NCBI GenBank assembly: GCA_951406725.2
Contig: OX597818.1
Span: 67,890,001-67,954,000, forward strand
Reading direction: 5' to 3'
Source: Octopus vulgaris
Lineage: Eukaryota
DNA length: 64,000 nucleotides
In this document: positions 1-14,018 of the stretch, in pieces
How positions within the stretch are numbered: the first letter of the stretch is position 1
How the letters are laid out: each line of letters opens with the position of its first letter
Notes under the pieces: model-generated
Told to the model about the DNA's origin: nothing
Database searches by the model: none
The model's input: only the letters and a program-made list of their open reading frames with translations
Program-made: the position numbers and the translations under genes

Positions 1-28
<28 letters not shown>

Positions 29-33
<5 letters not shown>

Positions 34-1135
34 TTTCTTTATTGGACATACAGGGCTGAACACAAAGGTGGCAAATACAAATGTAGAGCTTTTCTTTTTA
101 AAAATGAAAAAAAGCGGAAAATAAGAAACAAATGTAAAATTCCGATCAAAAGGGATCGGGAAAAAAAAAGACGATCAAAAGAGATCATGTGTCACAGAAT
201 AATTTTAAAAATGTAAAAAGTAAGATTTGGCTTATCCGTGGAAAGAAGATCCTATGGAAAAGACCACGGTAACCTCGGGCAGGGAGGGAATAAACACATG
301 AGAGCAAAGTGCTCTCTCTCTCTCTCTCACAGGATCATGCTCAAAGTGGTTTCGTCACTCTCACGCACCATCTTTGCTGCAGTCACCCACCTTTCTTTGA
401 AACTTTCACATGACAAAACCTGCCTCTCCATTCTCACCTTCCTTTTCAAGTGGTACTTGAAAAAGTTGACGAGCAATTGGTCAGAGGGGTAAGTGTTTAT
501 CTTTAATCCTTTCGCTCTACACACATTCCACTACACACATTCTTTCACAATGGCTACCAGTATGTTGAGAGAAGGTGGCGGAGCAATCGTCACCATAGAC
601 TCAGCCGACAGGCGGACTTTTCTCACACGTGACAGTAGCCGTTCAGCATAGGCCCACAGGTCCGTAATGGTTGGACATTGCACGAGTGCGTGCAGAACGG
701 TTTCATCGCTCTGACCGCATCTCGGGCAAGCAGGTCCCGTGTGTCTCGAACCGTGCCAGTAGAGCTTATCTCGAACCGTGCCTGTAGAGCTTATTTCGAA
801 CCGTGCCTGCAGAGCTTATCTCGAACGGGTAATGCTTCTCAATACTACTGCCAGGCCAGTGAACTTTGGGGATTTTCCATAGGTCCCGGCCCGAAAGTTG
901 TCCTGAATCAGGCAGGTCAAGTGTTCCTTGTCGACGCCCAGATTCTGCCCGAGAACGTCGTCGCACCTCCCCTCCCCTAATCCTCTATAGAACGCCTTTG
1001 TTGCAATGAAGTCGCACAAGTTTGGTCCCGGACGGCAGAGTTGCTTGAGAGCAACGCGACACTCGCAGTGCCATTCGCCTAGCCTCGGTCTCTGTTTGAT
1101 CCACGACTGCAGTTCGGCCAAGGAGACGAGCTACG
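29..1135 (-). mobile_element. 5'-truncated Tx1/L1-clade LINE, 3' part of ORF2 (zf-RVT/CCHC) plus 3'UTR ending in (TC)n
   Basis: The minus strand encodes, with stops and frameshifts, SLAWQ*Y*EALPVRDKL...CPRCGQSDETVLHALVQCP and the C-terminus KGLKINTYPSDQLLVNFFKYHLKRKVRMERQVLSCESFKERW. AATAAA precedes the (TC)n at the window start. Confidence 0.8.
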
Positions 1136-1284
<149 letters not shown>

Positions 1285-1692
1285 GTACGGATAGATCGAT
1301 GGTTAGATGGATGAATAGATAGAGAGTGTATATATGTGTATGTTTATCTTCTTGTCTTCTCATTGCATGACAGACGTAAATGAGTGCCACTGACATACAA
1401 GCAGTGTTGTTAATTTCAAATATTGTACAAAAAATATCCCTGGCCATTGGGAAATATCACTTTGTAGGAAAGATTTGAGGACTGCTGACTGGAAGGGTAT
1501 CTCGCAGTGGAAAAACTGTCTCAATAAATTATGTCCAATGTGTGCAAGCATGGAAAAGGGATCATTGAAACAATGACGGTAATGACGTAGTCTCCCTCTC
1601 TATCTATCTATCTCTCCCTCCCTCCTCTCCCTTCTCTCTCCAATTTGGGTGCATTGTGCTGTGAGAAGTTTGTAGTGAATGTTCCCTTCGTC

Positions 1693-2075
1693 TGGTGTGG
1701 CTGTGTGGTAAGAAGCTCGCTTCCTAACCAAATGGCTTTAGGTTCAGTCTCACTGTGTGGCACATTGGGCAAATGTCTTCTACTAAAGCCTCAGGACAAT
1801 TTGACTCCTGCAAGCCGATTTGATAGCTGAAAACTGAAAGAATCCCATTGTATGTGTGAGTGTGTATTTGTTTTTGTTTTTATGTTTGTCCTCCCACCAT
1901 CACCACCTGACAGCCAGTGTCGGTATGTTTACATCCCCATAACTTCTTAGTTCGGCAAAAGCAACAACCAAAACAAAAGAAAAAAGAATAAGTCCTGAGG
2001 TCGGTTCATTCAGCTAAAATACTTCAAGATGTGCTCCAGCGTGGCCAATTTCTAATTACAAGTGAGAGAAAGATA
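1693..2075 (+). mobile_element. tRNA-derived SINE family B (CORE-like: ...ttgggcaagtgtctt...)
   Basis: Head tggctgtgtggtaagaag...ggttcagtc (A/B-box-like). Homologous to 4265-4650, 7350-7645, 9430-9705, 13447-13610 and 47875-48245. Confidence 0.75.
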
Positions 2076-2724
2076 ATATAAAGTTCAACAAATCATTAGT
2101 TGCCATTCCACATAGAAAGAGCTGATAAGCTTCTAGAAGCATCTGGAAGAAATCAATCCGACTTGTCTCCTCCAAAACGGAAATATCTCTCGTGTCACAA
2201 GGGGAACAGGAAGTATTTTGGTATGTTTCCGGAAAGATCTTTTGTTGAAATTTTAATCTCTACTTCCTCTTCTGACCATGACAATCACCACAGTCCTCAA
2301 GAATTCATACCAATAAGATATGCAAACAAATACTTTTCTCTTTGAATGTCTGACCCCGTCTTGTTCTACATTAACTCGTTAGAATAAAGATGATCCAGTT
2401 TGTCAATTTCAGCTGTTTGCTATTTTGATTTATGTATTGAACGCTTGTCAGACATATGTGTTTCATATAATGAACTCATTTGCATAATACAACTTCTTCG
2501 TTTTTAGTGATGTGTTCATTAACTTGATACTGATTGAAATATTGACTGTTTGTCACAAGTTTCTGTTTTCTATAATGAACTCATTTACATAACACAACTT
2601 CTTCGTTTTTACCGAACGGCTCAATTCTGATTGAAAATATTCCGATTTCTCATTTTTGATGTAACCATTGAAAAGACTCTTTATACATTTATAATATTTC
2701 TGTCATCGAAGTAGAATGTAGGTC

Positions 2725-2955
2725 ATTGTTGGTATTCTTTAGACCAGGTCAACCCTGATTGAGCGGATTAAAGAGTTACAAGCATTCAAAATATGACCAC
2801 CTTGTCTTTTCAGACACAGTGTATGTTGGACTACATTGTCTCATGTGTTATTCATTCAATTTACAGCTTGTTGGCTATGATTTAAGAGAAGGCTGGTTTC
2901 TATTTCTAGGATGTAAAGCAGCCCTTTGTGTGTTCTTTCACCAGCTCATATGATG
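2725..2955 (+). repeat. Dispersed repeat family E (unclassified; ...tgatttgagggagatttggctgctatttctagca...)
   Basis: Related segments recur at about 5655-5860(-), 18310-18530, 52485-52545, 58790-58960(-) and 59145-59345. Confidence 0.55.
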
Positions 2956-3415
2956 GTTATGTGAAGCTGCTCATTATTAAATACATCAAATCACATCCGA
3001 GCTTGACCGTTGCCTGGGCCACAGATTGGTTCCCGTACCAGTGGCACCTGAAAAGCACCATTCGAGCATGATCAATTCCTGCGTTACCGGCACATGTGCT
3101 GGTGGCACGTGAAAAACAACATTCGTGTGTGGTCTTTGCCAGTGCCGCCGGATTGGCTCTCGTGGAGGAAGCACGTAAAAAACACCTTTTGAGCGTGGTC
3201 GTTGCCAGAACCACCTGACTAGCCCTCGTGCCCGTAAAAACTGCCACAACAATATCAGAGTGGTTGGCGTTAGGAAGTGCATCCAGCTGTAGAAACTTTG
3301 CCAGATCAGATTGGAGCCTGGTGCAGCCTCTGGCTCACCATCATTCATCAAACCGTCCAACCCATGCCAGCATGGAAAGCAGACGTCAAACGATGATGAT
3401 GATGATGATGATGAT
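2955..3415 (+). mobile_element. SINE/RTE-tail family C with internal ~65-bp repeats and (ATG)n tail
   Basis: ggttggcgttaggaag..catccagctgtagaaac..gtccaacccatgccagcatggaa..(gat)n. Other copies at 9927-10440(-), 13670-13930 and 18080-18290. Confidence 0.7.
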
Positions 3416-3460
3416 ACATAAATATATATACGATGATGATGATGATGATGATGATGATCA

Positions 3461-3675
3461 AAGATGGTTAGCTGACAGAATTATTAGCAAGCCGGGAAAA
3501 ATACTTAGCGGCATTTTGTCTGTGTCTACATTCTGAGTTCAAATTTCACAAGGGTCATATTTGCCTTCCATCCTTTTGGAGTTAATAAAATGGGTGCCTG
3601 TTGAGCACTGGTGTTTTTGCAACCAACCCATCCTTCCCAGAACATTCTGGCTTTCTTGCAGTATCTGAAACTATT
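3461..3675 (+). mobile_element. SINE family A (degenerate copy)
   Basis: Matches the family consensus gagctggcagaa..gttagca..ttctgagttcaaatt..ttgcctttcatcc. Confidence 0.65.
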
Positions 3676-4264
3676 ATTAAAGACATCAACGAATGTGTAA
3701 ATCAGAGATGACTGTACACGTGTAGTGTTTTAAGGTCACTACTGGTCAGTGAAGATCATATTGGACTGGATAAAACTTATTTGCCAGAAGATCTGCAATT
3801 TGTCCAGGCATGCAAGTCACATCATCAAATTAATTCATGATGTCTGTGTGTCTGTTTGTCCCCCGACCATCGCTCGACAACCGATGCCAGTGTGTTTACA
3901 TCACTGTAACTTAGCGGCTCAAGAAGAGTGTCGAACAGAATAAGTAGTAGGCTTACAAAGAATGAGTCCTGGGGTAAATTTGTTCGGCTAAAGGTGGTGC
4001 TCCAGCATGGCTGCAGTCAGTTAGATGAGTGAATGAAATAAGAGAGTAAAAGAGCTGACACAGCTTGGCACCAGTCTTATTGCTGGTCTTGTTCTCGGAA
4101 TAATAAAAAAAAAAGCAGGAACACACCCTGCCAGACACTCTAGTAATTCTAGCAATCTTCCATCCTGATTTGGCATCCTTTTAACAGCCCTAAAGAGTTG
4201 ACCAGAGCAAGATTAGAACTCAGATTATTAGAGAGTTAGAACAAATATCTTGTAGTTATCTAAA

Positions 4265-4650
4265 CATGTGTGGCTGTGTGGTAAGGAGTTTGCTTCCTAA
4301 TCACATATGGTTAGAGTTTCAGTGCCACTGCGTGACACCTTGAGCAAGTGTCTTCCATTAAAGTACTAGGAGAACCAAAGACTTATAATAAGATTTCGTA
4401 GACAGAGAAAGGAAACACCTCCGTCATATATGCGTGTGTTTGTTTGCGTCTGTTTGTCCCCTACATTGAGAAGGGGACGTTCAGTGTTGGTGTGTTTATG
4501 TCCCTATAATTTAGCACTTTGGTATAAAGGAGACCATTACAATAAATAACAGGCTTCAGAAGAGAAAACTGGAATCAGTTAATTCAAAACAAAGTTCGTC
4601 AAGGCGGTGCCCCAGCATTGCCACGGTCTTAATGATTGAAACAAACTAAA
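4265..4650 (+). mobile_element. SINE family B
   Basis: Homologous to 1693-2075. A 3'-half copy lies at 3840-4055. Confidence 0.7.
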
Positions 4651-4775
4651 ACACTGGTTGGCAAGCGATGGCGGGGGAACAAACGCACACAAACACACAA
4701 AAGCACATACACATGCACACACATACACACACACACAAACACACATACGTCCTTCACATTGCATGTTGATTTCAA

Positions 4776-4787
4776 CAACTACTACCA

Positions 4788-4841
<54 letters not shown>

Positions 4842-4963
4842 GCAACTACAACTACACTTACTACTACTCCTATTACTATTGCTACTACTACTACAACTAC
4901 TACTAATATTGTTATCACTACTGATACTACAACTACAAGTGCTGCTGCTAATAATAATAATAA
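4776..4963. repeat. (ACT)n/(ATA)n microsatellite
   Basis: Directly visible. Confidence 0.95.
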
Positions 4964-4965
4964 TC

Positions 4966-5172
4966 CTTTCTAAGATGGGCACAAGGCTTGAAATTTGAGG
5001 GACGGGCGTAGTCGATCACATCGACCCCAGTACGCAACTGGTACTTAATTCATCGACCGCGAAAGGATAAAAGCAAAGTCGACCTCAGTAGTATTTGAAC
5101 TTGAAACATAGCAGCAGACAAATTATTGCTAAGCATTTTGTCCGGTGTGCTAACGCTTCCGCCAGCTTACCT
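4966..5172 (-). mobile_element. SINE family A
   Basis: Reverse complement of the family A consensus. Confidence 0.75.
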
Positions 5173-5978
5173 CTCTGCTGTGTGGTGGCAATCATCCAGT
5201 GCTTGATGTTGGAATGCTTTCATTCTTAACAAAGGGAATCATTCAGACTGTCTCTCCTCTAAAATATTATTGATAAAGTGGTTGTTGTTGCTGTTGTTGT
5301 TGTTGTTGTTGTTGTTGCTATTGTTGTTGTTGCTGCTATTGTTGTTGTTGCCATGGCCTTCTTTGTTCCGTTCTCCTTTCCTTTCTTCTTGCATCAATTC
5401 TTTAAAGAACATAACAAAACATATTTCCACAAGGAATTAATTACTCCGCCTCCACAACTAGCTGCATCAATAACAACAACAGGAGCAGCAGCAGCAGCAG
5501 CAGCAACAACAACAACAACAACAACAACAACGACAACAGCAGAAGAAGAAGTATTAATGTAGCAAGAATCTGTATTTTATTGCTTTAGGAGACCAGATTT
5601 GTCAACTGTGAAATGATTCTTCCACTCAAAGCAGTAAAATGCACTTTTACGAACCAACAAAGAATCCATTATGTGGTCATTCTATCTGCTAGAAACAACA
5701 ACGATGTCACCCTCAAATCATACCCAGCTATTATAAATAAAGGAAGGGCTTATTCAATAATGTTGTTCTCTCTATTGCGAATAAAAGTGAGATGGGTTAC
5801 GTTTGGGTTCTTTTGATCACAGATTGGCTTAACTGGATTGACCTAGGGCTAAAACATAACAGCAGTAGATTTGTGCATGGTACTATTCTATTCCAAACTT
5901 AGATTGTTCGGAATTCTTACAACGTCTGCTAAACTCAAAAACTATGAATTTACCTACCCACACATACTTTAAACAAGA

Positions 5979-6341
5979 ATGTATCAATACCGACAGATGA
6001 CAACGTGTCTCTAAAAGAAATGGAGAAACTTTCAGAATACAAAGACCTGGAAATAGAGCTAATCAGAATGTGGAATCTAAAAACAGAAACAATTCCTATC
6101 ATAGTAGGTGCATTAGGCATGATAAAAAATATTCAAACAAATACATAACAAAAACACCAGGACTTACAAACACATATAACATACAGAAAATTGCAGTACT
6201 AGGCACTGCACACATCCTACGCAGAACACTTTCCATACAATAACCATCAGAGCATCACAACAAATCGCAGCACATACGTAAGGCACACAGATCTGCGTTC
6301 GGTAGTGAAGAGAAAGCACACTATAACACTTAAACTACTGA
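5979..6341 (+). mobile_element. R4/Dong-clade non-LTR retrotransposon 3' fragment (RLE C-terminus), family 1, running into (TAA)n
   Basis: VSIPTDDNVSLKEMEKLSEYKDLEIELIRMWNLKTETIPIIVGALG...QKIAVLGTAHILRRTLSIQ*. The 3'UTR ends ctactg(aat)n. Confidence 0.85.
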
Positions 6342-6350
6342 ATAATAATA

Positions 6351-6462
<112 letters not shown>

Positions 6463-6524
6463 TAATAATAATAATAATTATTATTATAATAATAATGATA
6501 ATATTTATATATATGTATATATAA

Positions 6525-6696
6525 TATAGCCACTAAACACGTGGCGTTATTCTACCAAATATATACGTTATATTTATTATTTTGCACATTACTTAATCAT
6601 CGTTATATGTTTTATCTTATATTTAATCTTTCTAAAATACGTGATTTTTGTAAATGGTATAATTTAATTTTTCATTATTGAATTGATAAAAGGCTT

Positions 6697-6705
<9 letters not shown>
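6525..6705 (+). mobile_element. Truncated copy of the hammerhead-bearing element at 20638-21025
   Basis: Near reverse complement of 20640-20826. Retains only the mutated 3' half of the hammerhead (tatagccactaaacacgtggcgtta). Flanked by (TA)n. Confidence 0.75.
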
Positions 6706-6750
<45 letters not shown>

Positions 6751-7000
6751 CATACATACATTCTGATGTGTTTGGGGAAAGCCATTCTTTTAATGCCTTA
6801 TAATTTAAAACACTCACTGGTAAAATTTCCACTTATTTCCATTATTTTTTCTAAAATTTTCGTTGCATCTTGCAACCTTTTCAATAGTTGTTGTCAGTTA
6901 TTCACACTGCATTCTTGTTTTTTGTATGTGCGCATACGTGTGGGTCAGTTTGTGTGTGCATACTCTTGTATGTATGCATGTGTGTATGCATGTATGTGTG

Positions 7001-7031
<31 letters not shown>

Positions 7032-7160
7032 GTACGTATGTATTCTGCATATTCACGTGTTTGTGTGTATGTGTGTGCATGTCTGAGTGTGTGTGTGTGT
7101 GTGTGCGTATGGGATTTTGCAAGTAAGAACTGAGGTTGTATGTATGGATGTGTATCTCCA

Positions 7161-7231
<71 letters not shown>

Positions 7232-7349
7232 GGAGAGAGCTAGTATAAATGAGATGCAATTTGGGTTTCTAGCAGGGAGAAGCACGACTGATACTATATT
7301 CCTGGTAAGACTTCAGCAAGAGAAATTCCTAGCCAAAGATAGAGCTCTG

Positions 7350-7645
7350 TACTCGGTGGGTACTTGATCTATCAATTATTTTTCTGTTGAAGCACTAAGC
7401 TACAGGGAAATAAATAAACCAACAATAGTTGTAAAGCAGTGGTAGAGGTAGGACAACGACAAACACACACACACTTAATATCATACATGATAGGCTTCTT
7501 CCAGTTTCCATCTACGAAATGCACTCACAAGTCTTTGGTTAGTTGAGGGCTGTAGTGGAATACTATGACAAAAGACACTAGATACCTTACAGTAGGACTG
7601 AATCCAGGACCATGAGGCTGTGATTCAAACCTTTCATACCACTTA
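7350..7645 (-). mobile_element. SINE family B
   Basis: Reverse-complement homology to 1693-2075. Confidence 0.6.
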
Positions 7646-9229
7646 AATGCATCTATATAAAAAAACAAATGTACGCACCAGGAGTCGATCCTGGGATTGG
7701 CTGATGGGAAGTCAATCCACAGACACACATACACACACATACACACACACACACACCTGACTTCGATTGCGTTCTGTATGAGTTAAAGTTTTGCGGGTCC
7801 ACCAGACAAACCCAACTGATCAAATGTCAGAAGAGTAATGGATTTGAGACAAACTGAAGCTGGTTTCTTATGTCAGCCGTTTATCACTCCACTCAGGTGT
7901 TTATGCAAACGAAGCGACCCCAGCTATTTTCTTTATTCTTTGTCCCACATGCTGAGAACCCTCAGGAGCCATAAGCACAACTTCCTTTTTAATGATTAAC
8001 CCCCACTAAGAGTGAAATAGGTATTGTTATTAAGTGTCTATTTGCCATCAGATCCCAGGAATTCTAATTATGTTTCATGGTTCGCAACCTCAACAGCAAA
8101 CTGTCATATAACGCAATCTATGTTTCAACTGACCAACGGAGGGGAAGGGCGCATAGTTTGGCCCATGCCCTCTCTAGACCTACCTTCCAACCAAGCCGTA
8201 TTTGAAGGGCAATTGGGCTTATCTAGTAGGTTTTTAGGGCGGTAGTAAGCAATTGGTTCCTCAGCATCAAGAATAATAAACATGCAATTTCAAACAATTG
8301 AATATCTTCGATTTATTGTTTAGCATAATTCAAAGACCGAATGTAAAGATCCAGAATAACCACCAGAGGGCGTGATAGGCTCCAAATAATCCACTTCCTA
8401 AGTATCACAAATAATAATTATTATTCCTAATTTAGGTACAAGACCAGAAATCTGTAGAAGAGGCAACTGGTTTTGATCAAACAGACTGCAATTCTTCCCT
8501 GGTATTTTATTCTATCGATCTTCGGAAACTCAAAAGCAAAACTGACATTGGCAGCATTCAAAAGCAGAACATGAAGTGGCGTGACTAAATAGCACCTGGC
8601 ATTTTGCCTACTGCTCTACCGAATCTGCCCAGTCCACTGCCTTTATAAATATAGTACCTATCAATCATTTCTAAAACCAACTGACTGACTGGAATGCTCA
8701 GCTTAATAGCCATTTACTTGATGGTTGAAATAGGTTGACATTTTATGTCCAGTGTGTGCATCAAACAGAATTATGTGTCAATGTATTTTAGTAATAAAGT
8801 ACAACAGCAAATACAAACAAAAACAAACTTCACATACATCGAAGTTGTATTTCTTTTACCATCAACACCACCACCACCGACATCGCTACCAACTCTGTTA
8901 GTATTCCTTAGTCCCCGTCACCATGGACACCATTACCACTTTCCATCATACGAACTTCATCTTTGCCAGCAGCATCATCATCATCATCATCTCTATCGCC
9001 CATACAACTACAAAAACCCCACCGCCATCACTATACCATCAACATCATACCCACCAGCATCATCTTCATCCTACCATCACCTCTTTCACTGCCACTACCA
9101 CTGCCCCTATTGTAGTCACACTGGCCTCAGTATGATTTGAACTCTGAACCAAAGCACCAGAGCAAATACTGTAAAACATATCTAGTCCACCCTAATAGCT
9201 TTGCCCATCTACTGCCCTGATCATATTGG

Positions 9230-9577
9230 TTTCAAATTTTAGCACAAGGCCAGTAAGTTCATGGGAGGGGGGGATAGTCGATTACATTGATCCTAGTGCT
9301 CAACTAATACCCATTTTATTGACCCCTAAAGGATGAAAGGCAAAGGTGACCTCGGCAGAATTTGAACTCACAAAGTAAAGAAAGCTGTTAATCATTTTTG
9401 CCTGTTGGGCTGAAGATTCTGCCCTGGCAGTATTCTTTGACTGTGGCCATGCTGGAGGACGAACAAATTGCCCCCAAGACTTATTCTTTATAAGAGTGGT
9501 ACTTATTCTATCGGTCACTTTTATCGAACCACTAAGTTACGGGAACGTAAACACACAACATCAGACACACAAATATA

Positions 9578-9622
<45 letters not shown>

Positions 9623-9925
9623 GCCTCAAGTGCCGCACAGTGAGACTGAACCTGGAACCATGTAGTTGGTAAGCAAGCTACTTACCACGTAATCATTCTT
9701 GCGCCTATCAATAATAATTATTATTTAAATTTTGCCGCGAGGCCAAAATTAGTAAGAGATGGGTGGTAAATCAATTATAGCAAGTTTAGTACTTGACTGG
9801 TGCCTCTTTTAGAATGCTGAAAGGATTGAAATCATTGTTGGATTTGAACTCAGAACATAAAGAGCCAAATGAATTGTCGCTTACCATTTTGTGCTTGTCG
9901 TGCTAACAATTCTGCCAGCTCACGG
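9230..9925 (-). mobile_element. Cluster of SINEs: family A (9230-9430), B (9430-9705), A (9730-9925)
   Basis: Reverse-complement matches to the family consensus motifs. Confidence 0.65.
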
Positions 9926-9926
9926 C

Positions 9927-10440
9927 ATCATCATCATCATCATCATCATCATTTAATATATGTTGCCCATACTGGCATGGGTTGGACCGTTTGACCAGGG
10001 CTGGCAACTCTGGAAGGCTGCAGCAGACTCCAGTTTGGTTTGGTATGGTTTCTATGGCTGGATGCCCTTTGTAATGCCAGCCACTCTCAGAGTGGAATGG
10101 GTGCTTTTACATGTCACCAGCACATGTGCCATTTGTGTGACACCAGTGTCTGCCACGACTGCAATGTTACTCGGCTTGATGGGTTTTCTTCTCAAGCATG
10201 ACATCATGCCAAAGGTCTTGGCCATTGCCTCCAAGAAGCCCAACATTCGAAAGGAACTCAGCCACATTGCCTACGTGTGGCCCAATGCTTGAAACGTACG
10301 TTTTACGTGCTAGTTACGTGACACCAACATCAACCACGACTACGAGTTCACTTGGCTTGATGGGTTTTCTCAAGCACAGTATATCGCCAAAGGTCTCAGT
10401 CACTGGTCATTGACTCTGCGAGGTCCAAAGTTCGAAGCTG
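9927..10440 (-). mobile_element. Family C element with an internal ~120-bp duplication
   Basis: (CAT)n tail at 9927. Duplicated segments at about 10135-10250 and 10316-10436. Confidence 0.65.
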
Positions 10441-11064
10441 CACATGAGCAGCAATTTCAAGGAAAAGCATAAGTCAATCACATTGATACCCGTACTCGAT
10501 TGACTCTTCATTTCATCCCTCCCCAATCAAACGAATGAAAGGAAAAGTCAACCTGTATAGGATTTGAACTAGGAATATAAAAAAGATTGAAGAAATAAAT
10601 CTAAGAATGTTGTCTTGTCCCTCTAACCGTCCTAAAACAGACGACACATTAGATACACCAATGTCTGAACAAAAAGTCACACTATGTTACTTTAACTCTC
10701 TCAGTAATAATTACAAGGATAATCTCAGATTAGAGATGTTTCCCGATTCATTCTCTCGTGTTTGGTGTTCAAACACCATTCAACATCCTTAATGGAATCT
10801 GTTATTAATGGAGGATAAAGGTTACTGGAACGACGTAGTGAAGCACTTTGCCCCTCTGGCCGTTTCACCATTGCATTTGTGAATCCTTTTCACACACACA
10901 GCAAAGAATGGCTGACCATTCTGGTTATTTGGTTTCGTGGAATGATTTTTGTCTTTTTTTCTTTTAATGTATTTACTGTTAAATGATAAATATGTTCCGT
11001 GTCTTGTCAGTTGTCCTCATGATCACATCTGTGGCAAATTGGTGTTTATAATGATTCATTATCA

Positions 11065-11400
<336 letters not shown>

Positions 11401-13446
11401 AGATATTGAGGGGAAACAAAATCTCAGCATCAGTAACTCTCCTCCTTCCCTTTTTTCTTTTTCTTCCTCCTACCCTTCATCGCTCTTCTCTTACTCAACC
11501 TCTCCTCCTCTTCCTCCTCCTCCTCCTCCTTCATTACCTTTATTGATTTTGTTCTTTCTAAATAAAACACCACCACCGCCGCCGACGCCGTCCCTGCCAT
11601 CACCGCCACCACCATCGCCAACAACATTGTCAATGTCATCAATGACCTAGTTTTATCACTGATGATACAAAAAGAACAACATCAAAAACATCAAGAGCCA
11701 CATTACAACAAAGGCATTATAAACAACAACAACAAGAACGACAACAACGACAACAACGCTCACACTTCGTCGTTTTGCTGTTTTAAAGTGTCCATGTTAT
11801 GTTTTAAGTGATTCTCAACAGGAAATCTTCACATCAAAACATTGAGAAAAAAAAACACACTCGATGCATATACAGCCACGTAATGCACACGCACACACAC
11901 ACACACGTATATACACTACACGTGTAGAGGTATACACACATATAAACATACATATACACAAAACAAACAACTGAAAAGAACAACAAACTGAAAAGAGAAA
12001 AGGAAGGAAACAGTTTGGAATTTCATTGAAAAAAATAAAAATATTAAAGGAAGATTGCGACACACGACTAAAATAGCAATTAAAATATTACAAAAACAAC
12101 ATAAAATAAACATAGAAACATAGAAAAAAAATAAGAAAGAAGAAAAAAGCAGAAAAATGTTAAAAACAAACTGGTTTCGCATTTCACTTAGAATGAAAAT
12201 AGTGAAAAGAAAGAAGGAAAGGAAGTGTGATAATGTAACAATGAAAAAACAGAGAAATTATCAGCTCAAAGAGGGAATTTTGCAAAATAGCTAATTAAGT
12301 TGAGAAATAATTAATAGAAATACATCAGAAGAGAGTTAATTTCACACTGAAAATTGAGAATTTCTCTCCAACCAAAATATTTTTATTGTTTCGGAAACTT
12401 TCGTTTGCTATGCATTTATTGGATCCGTGTCTCAACATTTTTATGCATAATTAGCCACTTGCTCGTCACTCTCATAATTAACCACTTGCTAGGTAGCGGT
12501 CACTCTTTTAACGCTTTTTGTTGTGTTTTGTTTCTTTTCTTTTCTTTTCTTTTATTAGTAACTGTTAAGAGAAAGTGAGAGAGAGAAAGAGAGAGAGAGA
12601 GACCTGAAGTGAAGAAGGAAAAACTAAATCTGAAATGAATGAGTAAAGAATAAAGCATGACAATGATGATGTTTATGATCATGATGAAGATAGTCGTGGT
12701 GGTGGTGGTGGTGGCGGTGTTGGCGATGATGATGATGATAATGCTGTCCATAAGAATGACAATGAATTTGATGATGATGATGATGACGATGATGATGACA
12801 GCATTCATCACCACCACCAATAAGATAAAGAACCCACGCTGTTGCTGCTGCTGTTGCTGCCGACAGTTTTAACCATGGCATTGATGATGATGACGACGAT
12901 GACGATGATTATGTTGATGATGATGATGATCATCATGATGATCATGATGATGATGAGGATGATGGTGATGATGGAGATTTCTTCTTATTGGCCACAAGGG
13001 CTTAAAACACTGTGGCCATGAAAATGACAAAGATGAAACAGAACACAACAAAGAGCGATGGAACGGGGGTGGTAGGAACCGGGGCTTACATGAAGTAAAA
13101 AAAAGGGGCCGAGATAAACGATAACAATAAAGGGACATTTAAAAAGAGATAATAAGAAATTTTAATAACAATATAAAAAAACTAACAAAAGAAGCACTGC
13201 TGTCACACCCACCACCACAAAATAAACGAGGGAAAGATCAGCCACACAAGGGCTTGTGATGCACCCTTAAAAATTACCTGGATCACTTCAACAATCAAAA
13301 GGGTTGTACCTAACCCCAGTTCTTGCTACAGCCTACAGTTCTTCCTCCCTCCTACAGCCTACATAAAAGTAATCTTGTTTAGCCGCGTCCACAGTGCCAC
13401 TCCCACTCACACCCTCATCACTTAACGACGACATTATCATAATCCA

Positions 13447-13609
13447 AGGGCACAAGAATTGCTGTGTGGTAAGAAGTGAATTTTCTAGCCACATGCTTCT
13501 GTTTTCGATTCCAGAGCATGTCACCTTGGCCAAGTGACTTCTGCTGCAACATCAGGCCAACCAAAACCTTGTTGTTGATTTGCTAGACAGAAATGGCAAG
13601 AACACCATA

Positions 13610-13653
<44 letters not shown>

Positions 13654-13930
13654 GTATGTATATGTACATATATCGTCAAGGCAAGTATAAGCGCAGTCGT
13701 GGTAGATACTGGTGTCATTCAAATGGCACCCATGCCTGTCGCACATAAAAGCATGCGTTACACTCTCGGAGTCGTTGGCGTAAGGAAGGGCATCCAGCTG
13801 TAGAAACCAATGAAAATAAAACTGGAGTTTGGTGCAGCCTTCCAGCTTACCAGCCCAGGTGAAGCTGTCCAACCCATGCCGGTATGGAGAACGAATGTTA
13901 AATGAGGATGATGATGATGATGATGATATA
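13447..13930 (+). mobile_element. SINE B head followed by family C element
   Basis: gctgtgtggtaagaag...ccttggccaagtg; then ggcgtaaggaagggcatccagctgtagaaac...(gat)n. Confidence 0.65.
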
Positions 13931-13931
13931 C

Positions 13932-14009
<78 letters not shown>

Positions 14010-14018
14010 TTATATATA

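Noticed and set aside
2466-2612. ~45-bp direct repeat at ~105-bp spacing (similar small duplications at 21225/21445, 25007/25201 and 49096/49156)
   Set aside because: Ordinary local duplications with no further structure.
3030-3245. Regularly spaced ~65-bp repeats resembling a CRISPR array
   Set aside because: These are degenerate full-unit tandem repeats inside a eukaryotic SINE-like element, with no unique spacers or cas genes.
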